Assembly: GCA_964446485.1 (NCBI GenBank)
Contig: CAYUOU010000002.1
Coordinates: 5,904 to 69,903, forward strand
Length of the DNA stretch: 64,000 bases
DNA from: an uncultured Desulfobacterales bacterium
GTDB taxonomy: Bacteria > Desulfobacterota > Desulfobacteria > Desulfobacterales > JBDRRP01
Direction of reading: 5' to 3'
Shown: in pieces, positions 10,401-17,848 of the stretch
Position numbering within the stretch: the first letter of the stretch is position 1
Layout: every line of letters starts with the position of its first letter
Notes under the pieces: model-generated
Seen by the model: the letters and a program-made list of their open reading frames with translations, nothing else
What the model was told of the DNA's origin: nothing
Database searches by the model: none
Translations under genes and position numbers: made by a program

Positions 10401-10570
10401 TCACCCCTGGCCCGGTCAACCAGCACCATGTCCTCTGGGGTGTCGTCAAAAAGGCGATCGGCGAAGGGAACCACGATCTTTTTTGAAAACGGGGCCACCG
10501 CCTTCACGCAGGGTCCGATAAACCGGTAATCGAGTGAGCAGAAATTGATAAGCGTACCGATTCTGGTCAT
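7478..10570 (-). CDS. Four-domain protein: GT2-like + methyltransferase + methyltransferase + GT-B glycosyltransferase
   Basis: FLDADE; FDIGTYKGYSAL...LLDDI; VVDLGCNHG...HTLEH...LKPGG; C-terminal HARVQGETFGLAIAEF. Confidence 0.75.
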   Translation of the reverse strand: MTRIGTLINFCSLDYRFIGPCVKAVAPFSKKIVVPFADRLFDDTPEDMVLVDRARGENPEAEFIPFDYHHSITQMLRPRFWHNFARWVGLAHLPEDCDWILFLDADEIVETERFVEFLGGFDFAPHDHLYFANYWYFREPMFRARQIEDSPALIRRRVITVNRIFHEHERATFRRLPNGLRRVSGLDGKPMFHHYSWVMDKAQMLRKVRTWGHSLDVDRDWERLVEAEFSGPFSGKDFVHGYDFDTVEPLLQIEKVRQIKSAAVTVDPASAIGCVCPRLSLEKLPISFVNLTPLSRFVADPGDLGYFLDTSFKEHYRLLSYLSTFYDGETLFDIGTYKGYSALALSYNANNRVVSYDIVDQRKINGSEKLDRIEFRIGDVLQDPGLLQTPLILLDIGHDGVSERRIYDYLDNNSYKGILLLDDIHLNPAMVEFWESIQRPKRDITEVGHVTGTGIVFFDDIGFGNWTGLTSMQRHLPNGNSETRSAADVDSYRNKENYLTPNPRPDQWRGHINSMVLTQFRSCLRGVVVDLGCNHGAMTHLTAEHSGVERVVGIDLNRSALQLGLRSVSKQPTVAPVSFVQSNLLKISLSDASVDAVVSFHTLEHLYPSDLSFAVAEIGRILKPGGHVILGIPYEDAYYTPGQHVSFFNETNLTDLFTSSGFKVVACFRDQRNHEDCLTAVFQKSTSASRMLPKDQDSVRRIGRERPMAAKTLRIGFHSNQLGLRGTDVALYDYALYNREILDNESIIISDATGDLRGLEKFQAQFEVLLYDDFRQVQGLVDTHRIDAVYYQKYGRNDGKLVPGCPNLIHAVFQCFDPHGEVYAYISSWLAEEMSGGRHPVVPYMVDLPEGDVHYREQLGIPPGAVVFGRHGGRDQFNIPFVHEVVRRVAEADEGTYFLFMNTDRFCRPRHNIIHLNPTWDLEAKVGFINTCDAMLHARVQGETFGLAIAEFLLRDKPVIACTEGVDQNHRAMLGEHGLYYGTPTALFDTLIGFQRTAPPGVYRERVAEFSPERVMERFKAVFLDAVGLG

Positions 10571-10574
10571 GGCG

Positions 10575-11285
10575 CTAACGGCTCCTAACAGCGACGACGA
10601 GATACTGGATCACCAGCATCTCTCGCAGGTTCTGATCGGTCGGCGTCAACGGCGTCCCGCCCATGAGAACCGTCAATTCGCGAATCCGCCGGTGCATGTC
10701 GTGCTGCCGCCACAAATCCAGAATCCCTTCGGCGTTGGGATCATATTTGGGACGGATCTCCTGAACGGTATATCCGGCCTGGCCGAGCATCTTCTCGATG
10801 CCGTCCCGGGTGAAAAACCGCAGGTGCGTTCGGTCCATGATGCCCCAGTCCACGTAGTCGAAGCGCCCCTGCAGCAGATCCGTCACGGTCCGGGTGTTGC
10901 CGATGTTGGGAATGCTGGCCACCAGCGCGCCGTCGGTCTTTAGAAAGGAGCGATACCGGTCCAGCACTCCCCAGGGGTCTTTCAAGTGCTCCAGGATATC
11001 CGCGCACACCAGATGGTCGAAGCGGGCCGTTTCGAAAGGCGGTGCAAATGTGTCCATGTCAGCCGTGTAGACCCGATCGTAATGCCTTGCGGCCGCCAGC
11101 GCGGCCCTGGCGTCCATCTCGATACCAACGACCGGCCCGCTGCCGTGCGCCTTCAACACAGCCCCTAAGCCGCCCTCACCGCAACCCATGTCGAGAAATG
11201 CCCGGTCTTGAATACAGGGGATGAGCGAGACCACTTCAGGCCGCGCCTGGGCATAGTAACTTCTTTCCCGTAGGGGGTGATTCAT
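10575..11285 (-). CDS. Class I SAM-dependent methyltransferase
   Basis: LDMGCGEG, ADILEHLKDP, SIPN, DRTHLRFFT; start may be 11285 or 11381. Confidence 0.85.
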   Translation of the reverse strand: MNHPLRERSYYAQARPEVVSLIPCIQDRAFLDMGCGEGGLGAVLKAHGSGPVVGIEMDARAALAAARHYDRVYTADMDTFAPPFETARFDHLVCADILEHLKDPWGVLDRYRSFLKTDGALVASIPNIGNTRTVTDLLQGRFDYVDWGIMDRTHLRFFTRDGIEKMLGQAGYTVQEIRPKYDPNAEGILDLWRQHDMHRRIRELTVLMGGTPLTPTDQNLREMLVIQYLVVAVRSR

Positions 11286-11406
11286 TGGTGGTGTCTTTCC
11301 TGGTTCTCGCCCGGGATGATGACCTCTGTCCGGTAATGGCGATGCGGACGACAATGACTTCTCAGATAACTGCGGTGCCATTTCAACTTGCTTTGATTAT
11401 TGGGCA

Positions 11407-13032
11407 TTACGATATGCACCGCGCTTCAGTCCGCCGCAGGCGGCCGCCGTCGAGCACTTCTTCGGCCGTTCGCCCCTCGGCCATGTATCGATCGAGGAGC
11501 GCCCGGGTCTGGCTGACTTTGGCCAGAATCGCCCGGGCCTGATCCGGCGTGGGATCCTTTTCATGGGCCAAATCTTCAAATAGTCCGCCGGTCAACCATT
11601 TCCGGCCGAAACGGATCACATCGTCCAGTTTAACGGCCTCCATGCCGAGATCGGTGATCTTCCCCGATGCACCGTGCTCATGGATGCCATGGGCCGTGGC
11701 GATTCGCCAGATCTCCCATCCGCGGGATCGTGCGGTCAGGCTATAGTCGCTGTCGCTGCCGATGAAGGTCATGGCGGGGTCCATGAGACCGATCTCCCGA
11801 ACCATTTGTTTTCGAAGGATCATGCAGGCGCCGTTGGCCCAGCCGATTTTTTCGCTCTGCTGGAATTCTTCAATACGTCCCGTCTGGTGCCGGCCCGCTG
11901 GAAAAACCTCGTACCCGCCGGCCCAGATGACGCGCGTAGCGTCTTCGGCGTCGAGTTGCAGCGGGGCCCCGATGCCGCACCGGGGGTGGTCGTCCATGAA
12001 GGCCACCATGGCCGCCACGGCGTCCGGCGCCAGATACATGTCCTGATTCAAGACCAGCAGGTAATCCACGGGGCGGTCCATAAACCGGGCCAGCCCCTCA
12101 TTGACCGCGGCGGTGAAATAAATATTGTCCAGGGTGTTGTCCCTGACAAAAATCTCGACAGGCCAGTTCTGGGCCTTGAGGGCAGCAATACATCGGTTGA
12201 GCTGATCCCGGCGCTGGTAAAATGGAATGATCACCGGTACCGGGGCCCGGTAGGACCTTTCGGATGACCGGGAGGCCTGGACTGTGATGGTTGACGATGC
12301 TTTCCATGTCGGTTGGGCCGGCTTGTCACCGCCCATAACGGCATCGGCGGGGCCGCCAGCCGGCAGCGAAGACCCAAAGAAAAAGGGGGACGGGTACTGG
12401 TCGCAGTGGGTCGCCCGGCCCGGAATCGGGGATATCAGGGTTCGCCCCCGCTTGAGGATGTCGCAGAACATGAAAAAATCCGCCGGCAACGGGGTTTGGC
12501 AGTACCGGCGCATGACATCGGCATCCCCGCGCAGGGTGCCGACCCGCGCGGCAAAGGTCATGGTGGTGGAATTGGTCCGCTTCCAGTGACTGGAGCGGGT
12601 CAGCATCACTGTGGTGGCCTCCCCGCCCCCTTTCACCAGGGGGTTGGGGCTCGGATTCATGTACTTGTCCGGGTGATCGTAAAGACTGACGTAGTCAGCG
12701 CGTTCCAGTCCTTCATGGATAAGCGCCGGCGCACCGGGCTGATGGAGGTAGTCGTCCTCGACCAGGTAGGCGCCGTCATCGTCCGGCAGGTGCAAGGCCA
12801 GATCCATCGCATGGAGAAAACTCCCCGAATTGCCAAGCGCGGTCTGATGAATGTTCGGTGTGAAGCCTCTCAAAAAAGAAACGGTATCCGGTCGGCAGTT
12901 GTCCGCCACCACGGTCAGTCGCGCGGTGCCGAAGACCGAGACAAAATTCTCGAAGCACTGGCGCTTGGTGATCGCATCGATTTTGGTCCGACCGTCGCGC
13001 AAATCACAAATGCGGTAAATTGTATGCAGCAT
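11407..13032 (-). CDS. Two-domain GT2-family glycosyltransferase
   Basis: N domain YLVEDDYLH/YDHPDKY; C domain VIIPFY...VLNQD...SDSDYS. Start placed at 13032 (GGAGAG RBS, downstream of the sigma54 site). Confidence 0.8.
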   Translation of the reverse strand: MLHTIYRICDLRDGRTKIDAITKRQCFENFVSVFGTARLTVVADNCRPDTVSFLRGFTPNIHQTALGNSGSFLHAMDLALHLPDDDGAYLVEDDYLHQPGAPALIHEGLERADYVSLYDHPDKYMNPSPNPLVKGGGEATTVMLTRSSHWKRTNSTTMTFAARVGTLRGDADVMRRYCQTPLPADFFMFCDILKRGRTLISPIPGRATHCDQYPSPFFFGSSLPAGGPADAVMGGDKPAQPTWKASSTITVQASRSSERSYRAPVPVIIPFYQRRDQLNRCIAALKAQNWPVEIFVRDNTLDNIYFTAAVNEGLARFMDRPVDYLLVLNQDMYLAPDAVAAMVAFMDDHPRCGIGAPLQLDAEDATRVIWAGGYEVFPAGRHQTGRIEEFQQSEKIGWANGACMILRKQMVREIGLMDPAMTFIGSDSDYSLTARSRGWEIWRIATAHGIHEHGASGKITDLGMEAVKLDDVIRFGRKWLTGGLFEDLAHEKDPTPDQARAILAKVSQTRALLDRYMAEGRTAEEVLDGGRLRRTEARCIS

Positions 13033-13058
13033 GGCGCTCTCCATTCCGGGGCCATAGT

Positions 13059-13074
13059 TGCAAAATCAGGGCCA
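13059..13074 (-). promoter_or_regulatory. sigma54 (-24/-12) promoter
   Basis: Minus strand TGGCCCTGATTTTGCA, intergenic, 27 bp upstream of the start codon. Confidence 0.75.
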
Positions 13075-13222
13075 TAAGGAAAAGGGGGGTCGGAACACGG
13101 GTCGAGCAAACAGTTTGTCGTGCGAGGCGCTGATCGTTGCGGAATGGGGCCGTCGGGCCGCAGAGGCGTTCAGGAGGGCGGTACAGGCTGCCAATGAGAT
13201 TCGGAGTCATCTTTGCAGATTG

Positions 13223-13249
13223 CGGGATGGGGATAAACCCCTCCCCTAC
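13223..13249 (-). repeat. GTAG-type REP-like palindrome
   Basis: Minus strand GTAG-GGGAGGGG-TTTAT-CCCCATCCC-G in intergenic DNA. Confidence 0.55.
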
Positions 13250-13283
13250 GAAACCACCAGAATCCCTGCTTGAGAATTGTGCA

Positions 13284-13296
13284 TAACCAGTTGATA
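13284..13296 (-). promoter_or_regulatory. IHF-consensus site
   Basis: TATCAACTGGTTA matches WATCAANNNNTTR, next to an AT-rich tract, upstream of a sigma54 promoter. Confidence 0.4.
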
Positions 13297-13317
13297 ATAA
13301 TATAAAATTTTTGTCGA

Positions 13318-15798
13318 TTACGGGTGTGAGCGACACCACTGCCGCCACATGGCCCGGTAAGCCGCTTCCAGACGGCCCGTGAAGCCGGGGCCGTCGGTGA
13401 GCGGTGCCGCGGCCATGCGCTGCCGCAGCGTGCGACGGAGGGCGGCGAGCCGGGAAAGGTCTCCGGCCAGGGCCGCCGCCCGCTGGACATAGTCATTTCC
13501 ACTGAGCGCGATGAGGTCGGATAGTCCCAGTCCCGTCAATATGCTGACGCCGACCCTGGCGGCATGGGTCTCTCCAGCCAGGGCGATCACAGGGACGCCC
13601 ATCCACAGGGCTTCGCAGGTGGTGGTGGTCCCGTTGTAGGGGAACGTGTCGAGAGCGATATCGATCTGGTGATAGAGGGCGAAGTGATCCGTGGCCGAGG
13701 GCAGGAACCCATGAAATATCAAGCGGTCTTCGGTGATACCGTGGTCGGCAAAGCAACCCAGGATGTGACGCCGAACTTCCGGATCGGAAAGGGTTCTAAA
13801 TTTCATGACCAGTCGTGACCGTGGCACGGCGCTGAGCACCGCCGACCAGAGCGCTGCCACACCGGCATTGAACTTGGCCAGGTTGTTGAAAGAGCCGAAG
13901 GTGATGGTTCGCTCCGCCGCGCTGGGCAGCGGCCCCACCGGCGGCGCTGCCGTGGGCGGGTCGAAGCAAAGAAACCCTTCCGGCAGACGTACGAGAGTTT
14001 CGCTGTGAAGCGCCTCGGTGCGCCCCGGCGGATCGGCCCAGGCATCGGTGAGGCGGTAATTTATGGCAGAAAGGCCGGTGGTATTCGGATACCCCAGGTA
14101 GGTGACTTGAATCGGTGCCGGACGACGGCTGAACAACGGCATGCGGTTGCCCGCCGTGTGCCCGGCCAGGTCCACCAGGATGTCGACGCGGCGCCGGCGG
14201 ATGACAGCGGCGACGCCATCGTCGGAGCGGCCGGACGTGTCGACCCATTCGCCGGTGAGGTTGCGCAGCTTTTCAGTAACCCCGTCGCTTTTTCTGACAT
14301 CGGAAAAACACACCGTTTGTACCTGCTCGGCATCATGGGCGGCAAGAATCGGCGCCATGAAAGTGGCCACCGGGTGCTTGCGGAAATCCGGCGAGAGGTA
14401 ACCCACCCGAAGCGGTCGATCTGGGTTTTTGTCGTTGGTGTGTTTCCGAAAGATGCCATCGGCCGGCGACCCATGGGCGGGCTCCCACGCTCGATGGGCC
14501 CGGGCCACCGCATCGGGGGGGGCTGACGATGGCTCCAGATAGGCAAGGCAGTACAGCAGATTCGAATGGACAAAAGCGGTCTGCGGCGACAGGGCCAACG
14601 ATTTTCGGTACAACGCGACGCTCTCGCCGGCTCGGCCGCTGTATTTGAGGCACCGGGCCATATTGTTATAGGATTCGGCAAAATCCGCCTTCAGTTCCTG
14701 GGCCTTTCGGCAGCATTCGAGGGCTTCACCGATGCGGCCGGTTTCGGTGAGCAGAATGCTCATGTTGTTGTAGGCGGCGGCAAAGCGCGGGTCCAGTTGA
14801 ACGGCCTTTTGGTAGCAGTCCATGGCCGCCTGGGAGCGGCCGTCCTCCCGGTGAACCGACCCGAGGTTGCACCACGCCTTGGCAAAATCCGGGGATAGGT
14901 CTATGGCCCGCTGGTAGCAGGACGCCGCCTGGTCATACCGTCCCATGTCTTTGAAGACGTTGCCTTGATTGAAATGGGCTTCGGTGGATTGCGAATAGCG
15001 ATCGACGGCCCGTTGGCAGGCCCACCGCGCGGTGTCGAGGTCACCCGTCTCCCGACTGGCGCGGCCGAGGCAGAGGAGTGCTTCCAGATAATCGGGCGTC
15101 GTTGCCAGGGCTCGCCGGCAACAGGCGACAGCCTCACCGTGTTCCCCGCGGCCCATGAGGAGGTTGGCCAGGTTGACCAATGCCCTGGGGTGGTCGGGGC
15201 GGCGTATCAGCACCTGCCGGTAGGCGGCTTCAGCCGCCGCCGCATTTCCTCCGGCATGGTGAATGCCGGCCAGGTTGTTCAGGGCGCCGACATCGTCGGG
15301 GTTCAACCTGAGGGCCTGCGTGTACCAGTGCATGGCCTCGTCCAGGCGCCCTTGTGACTGCAGCAAAGCGGCCAGATTATAGGGCGGATCCGACTCGTCG
15401 GGGTTGATCTCGGCAGCACGCCGGTAGCAGGCTTCCGCCCGCTCAGAATGGCCGCCGGCCTTCAGGGCGTTGGCCAAATTGTTCAAAACGATTTCGTTTT
15501 CCGGATCCTGCTCTGCGGCCCGTTCCAGGCAGGCCAATGCACCGGCGATATTGCCGTCCTCCTGTTCGAGGACCCCGAGAAAATTCAGTGCATCCACATG
15601 GTCGGGATATTGGGAGAGCACGCGGTGATAGCCTGTTCGAGCAGCCGTCACCCGCCCCTGCCGGTGGTCGTTCAATGCCCGTTTCAACGTTTCGTCCACT
15701 TCGAGGCCGCTTGCGTGGGAAGTTTGCGCAAAAGCGTCCAACGGCGGGGCCGCTTCCCCATGTTGCAGATTTGAAGCGTGTCGGTGGGCCGCGCTCAT
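13318..15798 (-). CDS. TPR + GT41 (SPINDLY/OGT-like) glycosyltransferase
   Basis: About 11 TPRs; LRVGYLSPDFRKHPV, DLAGHT, PAPIQVTYLGYPNTTG, FGSFNNLAK, DTFPYNGTTTTCEALWMGVPV. Start at MSAAHR (ATGA overlap). Confidence 0.92.
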   Translation of the reverse strand: MSAAHRHASNLQHGEAAPPLDAFAQTSHASGLEVDETLKRALNDHRQGRVTAARTGYHRVLSQYPDHVDALNFLGVLEQEDGNIAGALACLERAAEQDPENEIVLNNLANALKAGGHSERAEACYRRAAEINPDESDPPYNLAALLQSQGRLDEAMHWYTQALRLNPDDVGALNNLAGIHHAGGNAAAAEAAYRQVLIRRPDHPRALVNLANLLMGRGEHGEAVACCRRALATTPDYLEALLCLGRASRETGDLDTARWACQRAVDRYSQSTEAHFNQGNVFKDMGRYDQAASCYQRAIDLSPDFAKAWCNLGSVHREDGRSQAAMDCYQKAVQLDPRFAAAYNNMSILLTETGRIGEALECCRKAQELKADFAESYNNMARCLKYSGRAGESVALYRKSLALSPQTAFVHSNLLYCLAYLEPSSAPPDAVARAHRAWEPAHGSPADGIFRKHTNDKNPDRPLRVGYLSPDFRKHPVATFMAPILAAHDAEQVQTVCFSDVRKSDGVTEKLRNLTGEWVDTSGRSDDGVAAVIRRRRVDILVDLAGHTAGNRMPLFSRRPAPIQVTYLGYPNTTGLSAINYRLTDAWADPPGRTEALHSETLVRLPEGFLCFDPPTAAPPVGPLPSAAERTITFGSFNNLAKFNAGVAALWSAVLSAVPRSRLVMKFRTLSDPEVRRHILGCFADHGITEDRLIFHGFLPSATDHFALYHQIDIALDTFPYNGTTTTCEALWMGVPVIALAGETHAARVGVSILTGLGLSDLIALSGNDYVQRAAALAGDLSRLAALRRTLRQRMAAAPLTDGPGFTGRLEAAYRAMWRQWCRSHP

Positions 15799-17812
15799 GG
15801 GGCGACGACTCCCAGGGCTGGAGCGACAGGATGGGGTGTCCCCTGCCCAGCCAATTCGTGGACCACGGCGTTGCCGCACCCGGCTGCCGCAGCGCCGTCT
15901 GCCAGGCGTTTGGCGGATTGCCCCTGGCCGGCGGCCGCAAGGCTGTCCACCAGTGTGGCGCAAGACAACGGCAGCCCCGCCCCGAGGAACGTCTTTTTCA
16001 AGGATCGCAAGGCCGAAGCCCCGCGGACACCTTGGCCGCTGCAGCACAGCGCCGCCGCCATGAGAAAACGGCCGGCCAGATAGTCGGGATGCCTGTCCAT
16101 GATCGGCGCCAAGACGTCGACGGCTTCCACCGACGCCCCCAGATGCATCAGGCTGTTGGCCAGATTGTAGGCCGCCTCTTTAAGGCCGGGGGCGAGATCC
16201 AAGGCCTGTCGGGCACAGTCCCGCGCTTTCGGGTAACGGCCGCAATGCCAATGGGCTGAGCTCAGATTCACTAGAGTTTCCGCGTTGGGAGGGCCCGCTC
16301 GGGCGAGCCGCTGCCATAGGGAAACCGCATCGTCGTAGCGCTCCAGGTTCATGGCCTGGACGGCCAGCTCCCGTAGCGCCATGGGGTCTCCGGCCATGTC
16401 TTCGACTTTCTGGAGACCGATCTGGAAATAGGCCTCCCCCTTCTCGAGGGCCCGGTTTCGGTCAATCTTGCCGTAGTGATGGATGGGCACCATACATGAC
16501 CGGACGGCAATGCCAGCCGCCGCGAGGGCGGGCTCCACCACCTCGTGAACCGGGTAGTAAAAGCGAATACTCGGCAGGTTGGGGAAAAGGCGCACCTCTC
16601 ACTGGGGAACCAGCCGTTGCCGGCGGCCTCAGCGCGGTAGCGCACGTCGTTGGGTTGCCAGCCCAACGCATTCATCTCGTGTACGTAATTGCGCGTCGCA
16701 AAGGAGAATGCGGCCGACCCCGCCGGCGTCTTTGCCAGCAGTTGCCGCAGGGCGTCGTGGTCCTGAACGCTGATGGCCTCGTCGGCGTCCATGACGAGAA
16801 TCCAAGTCCCCGAAGCCAAATTGAGCCCGGCATTCCTGGCGGCGGCAAAATCCTCAGCCCAGGGCACCGGCACCACCGTTGCCCCGAACACACGGGCCAC
16901 ATCCACGGAGCGGTCCGTGGACCCGGTGTCCACGATCACCATCTCGTCCACCACCGGCGCCACACTGTGAAGGCATCTGGCCAGATGAGACTGTTCGTCC
17001 CTGACGATCATGCAAAGGCTCAACAAAGGGGCTTCGGGCCGCGGCGGTCTGTCACCCAACTGCCGTTGAATGGCCAATGCGCCGTCCAGAAGTCCGTCCG
17101 AGGCGCCCAGCACGGCCAGGGCCCTCTGGGCGACGCCGAAGGCTCGGGCCTGAGCGCCGCGTTTCAGCAGCACGTCAATATACAGGCAGCTGGTACGCTC
17201 GATGTCCGGCGCCCTATCAAATATGCCCTGGAAAACCATTTCGGCATGGTCGAAGGCCCCCAGGGCCCGCACGGCGTCATGGTAGGTCGTGGCCGCTTCG
17301 GATCGCCAGGGCGTCGCGGATAACCCTCGCCCCAGCATCTCCAGTGCCCCGCCGGTGTCTCCCGTCTGCCACAACAGACGCCCCAGACAGGTCATGGCCT
17401 CGCCGCCGTCCGGATCCGCGGTGACGGCCTGCTCCAGGAAACCCCTGGCACCGTCCATATCTCCACTGCAGGCCGCGAGCCGCCCCTTGGCCAAATAACC
17501 GGCGGCACGGGTGGACGCATCCCGCAGCAGAAGGTCGGCAGAGGCGATGGCCTTGTTCCGGTCACCGGCATCGACCTGGGCCAGGGTCATGACCGCATCC
17601 CAGCGGCGGCTGCGGGCCGTTTCGGGGACTTCATTCAACACCGCCACGGCATTGTCCGGCTGCCCAAGATCCCGCATCAGGTCGGCCAGTATCAGATACC
17701 CCCGCACATCTTCGGGAAAGGACCCGATGAGGGAGAGCAGCAGGTCAACAGCTTTGCTGGTTTTCCCCCCCCGATAGTGGGTTACGGCCTGCTGGAGATG
17801 TAGATCGATCAT
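15795..17812 (-). pseudogene. TPR-GT2-TPR glycosyltransferase split by a 1-nt frameshift near 16597
   Basis: LSLCMIVRDE...DTGSTD...DADE in one frame. After GWFPSE the family motif VRLFPN...F.YPVHE continues in the -1 frame (GAG AG GTG). Confidence 0.8.
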
Positions 17813-17848
17813 GGTGAATATCGTCGCCTGAGGCCAGCAACAAACGGG

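Noticed and set aside
11365-11380. Possible sigma54 promoter TGGCACCGCAGTTATC
   Set aside because: The -12 GC is absent
15799-16047. N-terminal extension of the 909-aa GT41 ORF
   Set aside because: Overlaps the upstream TPR-GT2 tail; the ATGA-coupled start at 15798 fits better
16585-16600. Programmed -1 frameshift or phase-variable tract
   Set aside because: No X XXY YYZ heptamer in the right frame and no long simple repeat; a plain 1-nt deletion explains it
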